NCBI GenBank assembly: GCA_030390025.1
Contig: CM059438.1
Coordinates: 19,530,001 to 19,594,000 of the forward strand
Source of the DNA: Squalus acanthias
Taxonomy: Eukaryota
DNA length: 64,000 bases
Direction of reading: 5' to 3'
Shown here in pieces: positions 51,634-64,000 of the stretch (positions within the stretch are counted from its first letter, which is position 1; every line of letters starts with the position of its first letter). A program made the translations under genes and the position numbers. The notes beneath the pieces were generated by a model. It worked only from the letters and a program-made list of their open reading frames with translations, did not search any database and had not been told where the DNA came from.

Positions 51634-54600
51634 ATAGAGTCAGAGTTATACAGCACAGATAGAGGCCCTTCGGCCCATCGTGTCCGCGCCGGCCATCAAG
51701 CCCTGTCTACTCTAATCCCATTTTCCAGCACTTGGTCCGTAGCTTTGTATGCTATGGTGTTTCAAGTGTTCATCTAAATGCTTCTTGAATGTTTTGAGGG
51801 TTCCTGCCTCTACCACCATTTCAGGCAGAGAGTTCCAGATTCCAACCACCCTCTGGGTGAAAAAGTTTTTCCTCAAATCCCCTCTAAATCTCCTGCCCCT
51901 TACCTTGAAACTATGCCCCCTGGTTATTGACCCCTCTACTAAGGGGAAAAGTTCCTTTCTATCTACCCTATCTATGCCCCTCATAATTTTGTACACCTCA
52001 ATCAGGTCCCCCCTCAGCCTTCTCTGCTCTAAGGAAAACAACCCCAGCCTGTCCAATCTCTCTTCATAGCTGAAGCGCTGCAGCCCAGGTAACATCCTGG
52101 TGAATCTCCTCTGCAGCCTCTCCAATGCAATCACATCCTTTCTATAGTGTGGCGGCCAGAACTGCACACAGTATTCCAGCTATGGCCTAACTAGCGTTTT
52201 GTACAGCTCCATCATAACCTCCCTGCTCTTATATTCTATGCCTCGGCTAATGAAGGCAAGTATCCCATATGCCTTTTTAACCACCTTATCTACCTGTCCT
52301 GCTGCCTTCAGGGAGGTACATGCACACCAAGGTCCCTCTGATCTTCTGTCCTTCCTAGGGTCCTACCATTCATTGTGTATTCCCTTGCCTTGTTAGTCCT
52401 CCCAAAATGCATCACCTCACACTTTTCAGGGTTAAAAATTCCATTTGCCACTGTTCTGCCCATCTGACCAACCCGTTATATCATCCTGTAGCCTGAGGCT
52501 TCCCTCCTCGCTATTTATCACCCCACCAATTTTCGTGTCATCTGCGAACTTACTGATCATACCTCCTACATTCATATCTAAATCATTAATGTACACTACA
52601 AACAGCAAAGGACCCAGCACCGATCCCTGCGGTACACCACTGGACACAGGCTTCCAGTCACAAAAACAACCTTCGACCATCACCCTCTGCCTCCTGCCAC
52701 TAAGCCAATTTTGGATCCAATGTGCCAAATTGCCCTGGATCCCATGGGCTCTTACCTTCTTGACCAGTCTCCCATGCGGGACTTTGTCAAAAGCCTTACT
52801 GAAGTCCATGTAGACCACATCAACTGCGCTACCCTCATCCACATACCTAGTCACCCCCTCGAAAAATTCAATCAAATTGGTTAGACATGATCTCCCCCTG
52901 ACAAAGCCATGCTGACTATCTGTAAAATTCGCAAATTATCACGATTCAAAAATAACGAGAGGTACAGTTTCGTTCAAGTAGTTTTATTTCAGCGAAATGC
53001 TGTCATGTTTCAAAACGGACACAAGAAGCCTGTAAAATGGCCGCCGCGCCTCGTGGCAGAAGTTTCCAGAATTTTCAGTTGGCAGACAAAATGGCGTTCG
53101 AATAAACATTTCAGTAAAGATTGGCTAATACGCAGCAAACACTGATAAAGACAGGATGCAATCTGTCTGCATCCGACACAATAGCAAAGATATAAGTGCT
53201 GGAATCGTTTTCCTTGCACAAGTAAGGACCATTGTAATGGGCAATCGAAGGCCCATCCAGATACATCAATACGCAAATTCCCCACGGCTCTACAATGAGA
53301 GAGCCATTCACGGGTGATTAAGTCAGTATTCGAGAAGGCCCCAAAACCAGTCAGGGAGACTCCTAGCCGGTTCGACAATGGGGAAAGCATTAACGGGTAG
53401 TTGGCCAGTTTAAGGTGCTACCGAAACCCATTACAAACAAGAATCACTCCATACTGGGAATTTTGAGCGCCAAGATTTTACAAAGGATGAACATTAAGAT
53501 TTGGGCGGGAGATAAGGGAACACAGCACTATAACTATAGTGAACAAATGTCCATGGCTCTCTTGGCTCTTATCTTGCTGCTGGCTGCTGAACTCTCTTAT
53601 TCCTCTGATCCTCCCGGGGCTGATTCGTTTGACCGGGTGCACCATCCCGAGGGTCGGTAAACGGTGTTCTGGACCCGAAGGCCCGAAGAGATGAGACGAG
53701 ACGAGACGAGATGAGAAGAGAAGAAGAATCCACGTGCCGCCGCGGTCAGTAAACCCCGACCGCGCCCGTAAATATAAAGACCATTTTTGAACTCTATCAG
53801 GTTACTGCATGAACTGGTCAAAGACTTTTCTTCGAATGCTATCGACAACCGGTGTCAATACAGGAAGACTCTTCTTTGAATTTTACCGGCTAACTGGTGT
53901 CGGTCCAGAAAGACTTTTCTTTGAGTTCTACAGTCGGGCCCGAGCACTGTCGAGTTCTTCATGACAACGGGGAGCCCAGCCTGCTAGCCGGAGCAGGGAA
54001 GATAAACAAGTGGGGTACAGAGACCCTTTCCAACACGTGACGGTCAGGTGTTGCAGCGAAACAAGCCGAGTGCCTTACTTTAAAATTCTCCGAGGTATCA
54101 CGAGTGGTGAGCATGTTTCCTCGATCCTACAAATCTAGATTAGTGTAGGTATTGATAGGGGAGGGTGATTTTATTAAGGATAAATATAATGTGTTCCCCT
54201 TTTTACGATGTGCCGTGCGTTCCTAATTACCCTAGACCAAGTTTTATGAATATGTATACTTGTACTGTCATTAATTTGTGCCTATGAAATGCACTTTATG
54301 ATTTTGGACGTTATGCAATAAAGATTTCCATTTCGTACTATTCAACCGGGTCTATCTGAGTTTTTCTCTGCATTACTGCTCTCGCATCTAAGTCCAGTGT
54401 TAGAACCGTAAGGGCAAGTGGGTCGAACCACTCACAGGTGCTTATTGCAACAAGGCTGGCCGGAGACCAGAGCAAGCAATAGTATTAGGCAACGAAGGCC
54501 TAACCCCGCACAAGCACCCTGAACCGAAACCCCTTACAGATCCTTGATTAATCCTTGCCTCTCCAAGTGGAGACTAATTCTGTCCCTCGAATTTTTTCCA

Positions 54601-54836
54601 ATAATTTCCCTACCACTGATGTTAGGCTCACTGGCCTATAATTCCCTGGTTTATCCCTACTACCCTTGAATAATGGTACTACGTTAGCTGTTCTCCAGTC
54701 CTCTGGCACCTCCCCTGTGGCCAGAGAGGTTCTGAAAATTTGTGTCAGAGCCCCTGCAATCTCCTCCCTTGCCTCACACAGCAGCCTGGGATACATCTCG
54801 TCTGGGCCTGGGGATTTATCCACTTTTAAGCCCACT
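51634..54836 (-). mobile_element. CR1-clade LINE 3' portion (RT), split by the solo LTR
   Basis: ORFs 54548-54835, 52432-52875 (YMDFSKAFDKVPH...GVPQGSVLGP...FADDTK) and 51712-52167, plus an agagtcat-type 3' tail. Confidence 0.92.
52921..54538 (+). mobile_element. Solo LTR, 1618 bp (retrovirus or Gypsy-like)
   Basis: TGTAA...TTACA termini and a 4-bp TSD tatc/gatc (1 mismatch). It interrupts a CR1 whose sequence resumes on the far side (gctgactatc|cttgattaatcc). TATA-like aatataaa near 53771 and AATAAA near 54318, with relatively high CpG content. Confidence 0.75.
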
Positions 54837-55924
54837 AAAAAGAAGTCCTACATTATAAAACTTCAATTCATGCAGTTGAGTTGGTTGACTGACAAAACCA
54901 GCCCGAAGTTGTATGTGACCCTACAAACAAGCTCCGGGATTTATTATTCTCCTAATGATCTGAAATATCCTGAAGGAGATTAAGGATCATTCACACTGAC
55001 AGAAGTGAACAGTCCAGTTCAGGAACATTGTCAGCTTCTGTTGGACTACATGAGGCTGCAGATAGCCCCCTCAAGTTCAACTGTTTGCACTTTGGAACCA
55101 ATTTCCGCATAGAAGCGCAGGCTTCTGTACTGAGATCACTCACATTTCTGATCCCAAGTTGATATGCTGCTTAAGCAAGTACATCAAGAAGGCAAATGAT
55201 GATGCGATACATTAACACACATCTGTTTCACAAGGTCATGATGCAGGGATGCTGCATTCAGCTCTGCATTGCTGGCAGTTATTTACTGCAGGTTCATAAG
55301 CACTGTCTTTAGTAACCTCCAATACATCTTCCCCTTTAGACTGTTACCTCTCAAACCACATTTCCTCCTCCAATTGGTGTCATGATCAGACTTTGTCTAC
55401 ATACACTATTCAAGACCTTGAACACACACCCATCAGAAAAGGTATGGAGGGAACAAAGTTCGTATGATGTTTTGCTGAACAGAATCTGAAAACTAACTGC
55501 TGAACTTAAGTAAACGCATGATGTCATGGGCGAGTGGATGCAACTCACGAGTCTCATTTTTAAATTTGGGTACACATGGCAGCCATTTTGCAATCGGACA
55601 AAATCAACCAAAGAAACACCTGAATACAAAAAAAAAGAAACACCTGAAGACAAAAGCTCAGCTGACACAATGCTTTTCTCAATTTACTCCCTATGTCCAA
55701 GTTGGGCACACTTTCCTGCATACATCAATATCTGCACATACGAAAAGACCATCAGGCCCTTCAACGCTCACTCTATCCTTTAGATGCCGCAATCGTGTGC
55801 ACCTAATGCTAACTCCCAGAGGAGGCAAAAGAGAAAAAAAAACTGGCTGTCAAGAAAAACTCTGGAAAATTCTTAATACCTAATCTCCATCGTCCCGTAC
55901 AGTACATCCCCAATGCCCTTAGGA

Positions 55925-56745
55925 GCATTAAGACTATACAGGACTGTAAAATACTATTTTCATCCATCGGGCCAGTTCCTACTGGACTTTCTCTCTCATA
56001 CCCTTCAACAGCACTGTCTAAAGAAAAATGTAATCAATTGCCCTCTTCAAATTTATAACATTCTCCACTTACACTGTTTCCCTGGGTAGACTATCCAACA
56101 GATTCACTATCTTTTACATATTTACCCTTTCTCAACTAGTCCAATTTATTTCTCAATGAGTCCATGTCCTCTTGTCTAGAACATGTATTAATACTGAACA
56201 TAGTTCTGAGATCCAATTTAGGATCTTAATACCTCAATAAGATCACCTCGGAGTCTCCTCTTTTCCAACGTAAACATCCCTACTACCCACAGTCTTTCTG
56301 CATGGCCCAATCCGATTTATCAACTTAGTTGCCGCTCTGTGTACTCCCTCCAAGGCATGATTGCCCCCAGTGGTACTGTGCCCTTGTCTGTACATAATAC
56401 TCATTGTTGGATAAACTACTGCTTTGTAGAAACTATTTTGCATTTTCTGGGACATGTGTCATATCCCTTGAGCTGTACATCCCAAGTTCCAGTTTTCTGT
56501 GGTGTAAAAGGTGTTTCCACTAAAGCCCCAGATCCCGCTCCTATAGACTGTTCCCATTTATTTTCTACTTTTGCTGTTTGTTTTCCTTTCCCGTCCCAGC
56601 TTCATGACATTCCATTTCCCTACATTAAATGGTATGTCCCAATTTTTGCTCAGTATCTCAACCTTTCTGGATCTCTATGCAACTGGTCTGCTTGCTCTAC
56701 TATTTATGACACCTCACAATTTAGCATTATCAACAAAACTAAAAC
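55925..56745 (-). mobile_element. Old degenerate CR1 3' portion
   Basis: Antisense remnants encoding ALEGVHRAATKLI, plus aataagatcacctc and tttagcattatcaacaaa (the FADD region). Confidence 0.6.
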
Positions 56746-57910
56746 TGTAGATGTAAGAACATTGTTCAGTCAAAATTTTGGGCAAATCGGGAATACAGCC
56801 TTTTCCTTTGCTGTCACCAACACCGTTCCACAATCAACCAATAGGAAGCATCATTCTATGGGGCAGGACTGGTTCTTCCAGTCTTAGCACCATTTACTGG
56901 AGTGCTCCATCCGGTGGCCCGGCCAAGAATGACAGCTAAGTACAGTATGCAAACTCAAGAGTCTTAAATGTTAGCTACAACAATTAAGGTTTTGACATCA
57001 GGTGGGCCCAGGTGCAGCAAAAACTCAAAAGACTGATACAATTGGTTCCCATCTGAAAAGGAGTTACCATTTTCAGGGAAGTCAATCTCAGCATATAGTA
57101 ATTCTAGGCAGAGAGTCTGAATGCACTGAATATAAATTCAAACTACAAGTATCATTTTTACTGCAACATACCACAGCTTCTGGTACGCTCTAATATGCAG
57201 TATTTATAGATCTTTCATTCATAGAGAAAACCTATCACACCCTGCGCTTGCAACACTTTCTCACTGTAATGGGCTTTTTGCACAATTTTCAAAAGATTAC
57301 AAAATGGTTTACTGTATTATAAGAACACAAGAAATAGGAGCAGGAGTAGGCCATACGGCCTATCAAGCCTGCTCTGCCATTGAATAAGATCATGGCTGAA
57401 CTTCTATATCAACTCCGCTTTCCCGCCATATCTTTATATCCCTTGATTCCCTTAGTGCCCAAAAATCTATCGATCTCAGACTTGAATATACTCATCGACT
57501 AGGCATCTACACCCCTCTGGAGTAGAGATGTCTGAAGATTCAAAACCCTTTGAGTGAAGAAATTTCTCCTCATCTCACTCCTAAATGACTCTAGTTCTAG
57601 ACTCTCCAGCCAGGGGAAACAGCCTCTCAGCATCTACCCTGTCAAGCCCTCGTTTCAATGTGATCACCTCTAATTCTTCTCAACTCCAGAGAATATAGGC
57701 CCATTCTATTCAATCCCTCCTCATAGGACAGCCCTCTCATCCCAGGAATCAATCTAGGGAACCTTCGTTGCACCCCCTCTAAGGCAAGTATATCCTTTCT
57801 TAGGTAAAGAGACCAAAACTGTACACAGTACTCCAGGCATGGTTTCACCAAAGCCCTATATAATTGCAGCAAGACTTCCTTACTCTTATACTCCAACTCC
57901 CTTATAATAA

Positions 57911-58102
57911 TGAGAAGTCGCACAACACCAGGTTATAGTCCAACAGTTTTATTTGAAATCACAAGCTTTCGGAGCGCTGCTCCTTCGTCAGGTGAGCAGC
58001 GCTCCGAAAGCTTGTGATTTCAAATAAAACTGTTGGACTATAACCTGGTGTTGTGCGACTTCTCACATTTGTCCACCCCAGTCCAACACTGGCATCTCCA
58101 CA
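57911..58102 (+). mobile_element. Penelope-like fold-back element (family A) nested in a CR1 LINE
   Basis: Same arms and tail as 28619-28825. Imperfect 12-bp TSD cccttataataa/cccttgcaataa. It interrupts the CR1 RT C-terminus. Confidence 0.85.
57960..57994 (-). ncRNA. Minimal type I hammerhead ribozyme motif
   Basis: Minus strand reads CAC-CUGACGA-A-GGAGC AGC GCUCC-GAAA-GCUU-GUG: stem I CAC/GUG, conserved core, 5-bp stem II, palindromic AAGCUU stem III and an NUH site. This is the architecture described for Penelope-element hammerheads. Confidence 0.7.
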
Positions 58103-58811
58103 CCCTTGCAATAAAGGCCAACATACCATTTGCCTTCCTAATTGCTTGCTGTACCTGCATGTTAACTTTGTGGTTTGTGTACAAGAACTCCCAAATCTCT
58201 CTGAATACCAATATTTAGTAGTCTCTCACCTTTTAAAAACTATTCTGCTTTTTCATTCTTCCTAACAAAGTGGAAAATTTCACACTTCCCCACATTATCT
58301 CCTTTTTGCCCAATCACTTAACCAGTCTATATCGCTTTACAGCCTCTGTGTCCTCCTCACAGCTTACTGTCCCACCTAGCTTTGTATCGTCAACAAACTT
58401 GGATATATTATACTCAGTCCCTTCAGCTAAGTCATTGATATAGATTGTAAATAGCTGAGGCCCAAGCACTAATCCTTGAGTTACATCCTGCCAGTCTGAA
58501 AATGACCCATTTATCCCTACTCTCTGTTTTATGTCCGTTAACCAATCCTCAATCCATGCTAATATATTATCCCCAATCTCATGAGCCCTTATCTTATGTA
58601 ACAACCTCTTGTGCGGCATCTTATCGAATGCCTTCTGAAAATCCAAATATACTACATCCACTGGTTCCCCTTTATCTACCCTGCTAGTTACACCCTCAAA
58701 AAACACTAATAGATTTGTCAAACACTATTTCCCTTTCATAAAACCGTCTTGACTCTGCCTAATCAGTGATTTTCCAAGTGCCCTGTTACAACGCCCTTAA
58801 TAATGGATTCC

Positions 58812-59296
58812 GCTGCCTCCGCAAGATCCTGCAAATCCATTGGCAGGATAGGCACACCAACGTCAGAGTCCTCGCTCAGCCCAGCATCAAAGATTTGACC
58901 ATGCTCGATCAACTCCGATGGACGGGTCACATCGTCCGCATGCCCGATACGAGACTCCCAAAAGAAGCGCTCTACTCGGAGATCCGACACGACAGGAGAG
59001 CCCCAGGTGGGCAGAGGAAGCGCTTCAAGGACACCCTCAAAGCCTCCTTGAAAAAGTGCAACATCCCCACCGACACTATGAAAAGAGTTGTGAGTAATGA
59101 TGCAGTAGTGGACTGCGACCGGTTGGTAGCGCTGTGGAGCGGGCGAGCCAAATTTCTCTTTTGAAGCCACTTTGAATCTGTAAAAATCATAGTCATCACC
59201 TGATCTTGGACGACGTTAGAGGCCACTTCCTAGCTCTGTCACTAACATTTTAAGTTATTTTTTTCCGGTTCCGAGGGACTGCCTAAGAAGAAGAAG
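58812..59296 (+). mobile_element. RTE-clade LINE 3' fragment carrying a non-RTE-looking insert
   Basis: RCLRKILQIHWQDR...LRWTGHIVRMPDTRLPK...GGQRKRFKDTLK, a (GAA)n tail and a 10-bp TSD aatggattcc (58802-58811, 59297-59306). Confidence 0.85.
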
Positions 59297-62249
59297 AATG
59301 GATTCCAGCATTTTCCCTACTACTAATGTCAGGCTAACTAACCAAAAGTTCCCTGTTTTCTCTCTCTCCCCTTTCTTGAACAGCAGGGTTACATTTGCTA
59401 CCTTCCAATCCACGGGGACCATTCTAGAGTGAAGAGAATTCTGGAAGATCAAAACCAATGCATCCACTATCTCTGCAGCCACCTCTTTTAAAACCCTAGG
59501 GTGTAGGCAATCAGGTCCAGGGGATATCAGCTTTTAGTCCCCTTAATTTATCCAGTATTTGCTTTACTAATATTAATTACTTTAAGTTCCTCACTCTCAT
59601 TAGACCCTTGGTTCCCCACAATTTCCAGTATGTTCTGTGTCTTCTACTGTGAAGACAGACACAAAATATTTGTTTAATGTCTCTGCCATTTCCTTATACA
59701 CCATTATAATTTCACCTCTCTCTGCCTGTAAGGGACCCACGTTTACTTTTGCAAATCTCTTCCTTTTTACGTACTTGTAGAAGCTCTTACAATCTGTTTT
59801 TATATTTCTTGCTAGTTAACTCTCATATTCTATTTTCTCCCTCTTTATCAATTTCTTGGTCATTCTTTGCTGATTTTTATAACCCTCCCAATCCTCAGGC
59901 TTACTATTTTTTTGGGCAATATTGTAAGCATCTTCTTTTAATCTAATACTATCCTTAACTTCCCTAGTTAGCCATGGCTATATCACTTTTCCAGTGGAGT
60001 TTTTGTTCGTCAAAAGGAGTGTATAATCGTTGAGAATTATGAATTATTTCTTTACATGTTTGCTATTGCTTATCTATCATCATATCTTTTAATCTAATTT
60101 CCCAATCTACCTCAGCCAACTCGTCCCTTATACCGCCATAATTGGCTTTGTTTAAAGTTAAGACCCTAGTTTTGGACTTAACCATATCACTCTCAAACTT
60201 AATATGAATTTCTATCATATTATGATATCTCTTCCCCAGAGGATCCTTTACTATAAGATTACTAATTAACCCTGTCTCATTGCACAATACTAGATCCAAA
60301 ATAGCCTGTTTCCTAGTTGATTCCTTGACATATTGTTCTAGATAACTGTTTCAAATGCATTCCATGCACTCGTCCTCCAAGCAACTTTTGCCAATTTGGT
60401 TTGCCCAATCTATTTGAAGATTAAAGTCCCCCAGGATTATTGCAGTACCCTTGTTAAATGCTCCTCTAAATTTATTGATTTATACTCTGTCTAACACTGT
60501 GATTACTGTTAAGGTGCCTAGAAACTACTCCCACCAGTGTTTTCTGCCCTTTGTTATTTCTTAGTTCCACCCATACAGATTCTATATCCTGATTTTCTGG
60601 GCTAAGATTGTTTCTCCCTACTGCCTTTATCGCATCAAACAGCCTTCGGGACTCCCGGTTGCGGTTTGAGAGAACAGCATCTATCCCCCTGACTATACTA
60701 TCCCCTACCACTATCACATTCCTTTTTGCTCCCCCCACTTGAATGGCCTCCTGTACCACGGTGCCGTGCTCAATTTGCCCATCCTTCCTGCAGTCTTTGT
60801 TCTCATCCACACCGGTAGCAAGTACCTCATACCTGTTGGACAATGGCAATGGCTGAGGCTCCTCCACCACTGCATCTGCAGTCTCCTTACGTGCCTGAGT
60901 CACAGTCACATCGACCTGTCCCTGACCACTAACCAAATCTAACCCACTCCTTAACGTAAGGGGTGCGACTACCTCCTGGGTCAGGATGTCCAGGTAACTC
61001 TCCCCCTCCCCAATACATTGCAATGTCTGCACCTCAGACACCAGCTCAAAAACTCTGAACTGAAGTTCCTCAAGTTGTAGACACATACTGCAGATGTGGT
61101 TGCCTGGGATCATGCTGCTCTCCACAAACTCCCACATACTGCAGGTCCGGCACAGCTCCTACACTGCCATCTCGATGTAACCTTGTTTTATATAGTTAAT
61201 TAATTAAAAGGTTAATGTGATTAATTCACTCGGTTTATTTTTAGGTTTTTTTAAACCAATAAATGATTACTTTAATAAAGTATTAATTATAGGTTCCTAG
61301 TTTTAAATACTTACTGCCTCAAGCTTCTACAAACCACTACAAGAGTTAAAGGCACATCCTTCTCCCTCTGCACCGAATTCCGCTCACATTGCGATCTGTG
61401 GTTACATGAAATCTACTAGAACCTGATTGAGAAAACAGAGCATCGGCCAAAACATTTCTGTTCATATCATCAAGAATGAAGACCTGCTTTAAAAGGAAAT
61501 GTAACTAATTGGCAACTTTATATCAGAATACTGCCCTTCTAGTGCTAGCTCTGGGCAGTATCTCCAGACAGCTACGACAGGGCCTGGCTGCCATCTGGAG
61601 CCACAAACTTAGATCAGTCCAGTCCACCCTCTTATCTCCTAAAATCTTTGGGTAGAATGCTGCAGACATTTTCTCAGTCTGGTGTTAGACATTTGAAGAA
61701 AAGAAAGAAGTGATTCTTGCTGGATGCAATTCATTTGAATTAAACTGAATCCGCCTGATATAATGATAAGGTTATTAATTTAAATTTACTCATCATTAAG
61801 CGCACAGTCCCCCAGACCCATTTTACACTTTTGAAATAATCTGTCTACTACCCAAATTTTGAATAGTAGCTATGACTATTTGTGAGTCTTAGTGAATTAA
61901 ATTATAACCACTATTATGTCTTGTATAAGCAATGCCTTCACAAATGGATTTACATTTTTCTCTCTGTGCTCAAGGGTACATTTGCATCATGATAGACACG
62001 GCCAGAAACTCAAATTTATACCCATTTCCAGAATTAACTTTTGCCTTTATGTGCTGCCTTGTCTTTAGACAATGAATTCCTCCTAATGCGCCATATTTTC
62101 CCCTCCCATCATACACCATACCCTAGACCTGGCTGAGGGGACGGGTAGGGACTGACATCTGTAACTGACCACCTGGAGGGCCATAAGAGTGGGGACACAC
62201 CCAGTCTATGCGCAACACCTCCTTGTCAAGTACCGCCTATGTGAAAGAA

Positions 62250-62682
62250 AAAAAATAGACTTGCTTTTATATAGCAGTTTTCACAACCTCAGGACGCCCC
62301 AGAGTACGACAGCCAATGAAATACTTCTGAAGTGTAGCCACTGTTGCAATGTAGGAAACACACAGCCAATTTACACACAGCAAGATCCCATAAACAGCAA
62401 TGAGATAAATGACCAGATAATCTGTTTTAGGTGTTGGTTAAGGGACAAATATTGGCCAGGACACCGGGGAGAACTCCCACGCTCTTCTTCAAAATAGTGC
62501 TGTGGGATCTTTTACGTCCACCTGAGGGGCCTCGGTTTAATGTCTCATCTGAAAGACGGCGCCTCCAACAGCGCAGCACTCCCTCAGTACTGCACTGAAA
62601 TGATTATGTGCTCAAGTTTCTGGAATGGGACTTGAACCCACAACCTTCTGATTCAGAGGCAAGAGTGCTACTACTGAGCCAA
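62250..62682 (-). mobile_element. tRNA-derived Deu-domain SINE (SacSINE1/AmnSINE-like), near full length
   Basis: The minus-strand head tggctcagtagtagc...ggttcaagtccc carries A and B boxes. Central ggtttaatgtctcatctgaaagacggc (Deu-like) and an L2-like tail. Confidence 0.75.
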
Positions 62683-64000
62683 GAAAAACACAAGTACACC
62701 CACTCTGATGTGCCTAATGTTACACAGCAAACCAGTGCACCAGGTGGCTTTGAAATGGTGCAACTTGAATATTTAAGCTGAAATATTTGAAAACAGGCAG
62801 TAAATGCAAACCTCTTCAATATTTCATGTGATCTATACCTATTGCCTATGTGAATAACATACTACAAGTCTGAAAAAAAAAATCAGGCAGGCTCTGCACC
62901 CACACACCTGGAGAAATGTCAGCTGCAAGTAACAAGGCGGACTGTTAACTTGCTGACATTCCATGCGCATTTCCACGCAGTGGAAAATATTGCCCCACTT
63001 CTTTATTATTCCACAGTTCCTATTAGCAATCCAACATTAGTATAAAACTGGAATAGAGCAGTGATTAGCTTTGAAACCAGAGTATTCATTCCATACACCT
63101 GGGAAACTGAAATTTAATTAAAAAAAACTAAATTGCAGTATCATTTAAGCACTCACCATTCCCTTGATACACAGCATATTATAAAGCGACGTAAAGGCTT
63201 GCAAAAACGAGTCAAATTAAAAGCAGGAGTACCTTGTTAGACAACAGACTGCAGCAGCACTTCGTAACCACCTGCTCACATCTAGACAGAGATATGCATT
63301 CCCTATTTTATATAACAATTTTGTGCATGAATATTACATGGTTTGTTTAGGAGTCAAATTTGGTGAAAATAAAATACTTGTATTTCCATTAACACTTTTG
63401 GAAAGGAGAAGGTTTTCAAATGCATTCCTACATTCAGGCAGCTATATGTAATGTCTGCAGTGATAACAGATTAGTAATTTTAAAGGCAGCTCACGTGACC
63501 CCGTCTGGAATTCAAAGCTGCATGTACTTTTAGGTATTAAAGGTACAACACAAATAATACTCACACACATTCAAACCTAATTGCGAACCAAACCTAACTA
63601 TGGAGTAATCCCTAATTATTACAGACACTGTAAGCTCAACTGCAGAGTCTTTTACAACAACAGGATATGATTTCTGGGCCAATGAGCTTCTAATTATTTC
63701 ATGATATTTACAGCGGCACACAGCTTCTGTCACGAAAACAGAAAATATTTTTTGTACGATTTACAAATTCTCAAACAGAGAACACTAGCGAACATTCTGT
63801 AGTTACCATTTCCCATTCTGTTTGATCTTCGTGATGATTAAGGGTCACTTATCCGAACCTCTATACTGAAGTGAGGTAATAGGCTTCAACGTGGTATTTC
63901 AAACTGTTGTGAGCCTTCCCAACAATTCGATTAATGTCCATTAGATTCTCATTTTTCACTACAAAGCTAGTTGAAAGGAGGGGCTAGAAAAGAAAAGCTA

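Larger units (their letters stand above)
57319..61390 (-). mobile_element. Long, degenerate CR1 LINE with ORF1 remnant (Cys-rich, coiled coil, GDSL-type esterase start) and ORF2 EN/RT fragments
   Basis: ORF 60472-61137 (HICSMCLQLEELQFRV...VIVVGDSIVRGID) runs into EN-like ESVWVELRN, indicating an internal deletion. RT fragments at 59255-59482, 58314-58721 and 57642-57923, with a taagaaca tail. It hosts two nested insertions. Confidence 0.88.

Noticed and set aside
52909-53848. Short ORFs inside the LTR as viral accessory genes
   Set aside because: All are under 130 aa, mostly with non-ATG starts, and have no recognisable motifs. Cannot be supported without a search.
56339-56887. 182-aa plus-strand ORF
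   Set aside because: Antisense to a decayed CR1, with no recognisable domain.
59095-59205. C/D box snoRNA in the RTE insert
   Set aside because: GTGATGA on the minus strand has no downstream CTGA, and the plus strand has CTGA but no canonical C box.
62610-62682. tRNA gene
   Set aside because: The A and B boxes belong to a SINE head continuing into a Deu-like body. No complete cloverleaf.

Overview
Vertebrate genomic DNA, most likely a cartilaginous fish (inferred from the CR1/L2/RTE LINE, Deu-domain SINE and Penelope-derived repeat landscape). The minus strand carries the 5' half of FGFR2 as five GT-AG coding exons: signal peptide 43532-43697, IgI 26243-26512, acid box 25263-25337, IgII 13366-13535 and 8154-8277. 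The gene continues beyond position 1. Introns and upstream DNA hold many CR1/L2 LINE fragments, tRNA-derived SINEs, Harbinger-like MITEs, a 1.6-kb solo LTR and a chimeric RTE insertion. The most notable signal is three ~200-bp TSD-flanked fold-back elements from two families, whose symmetry centre sits on a minimal hammerhead ribozyme core (Penelope-type). Also notable are TIR elements packed with perfect 5' splice sites and TGACAG hairpins, and a uORF/dual-AUG start arrangement in FGFR2. All coordinates were read by eye. Repeat boundaries without TSDs are approximate, and comparisons with mammalian FGFR2 are from memory.
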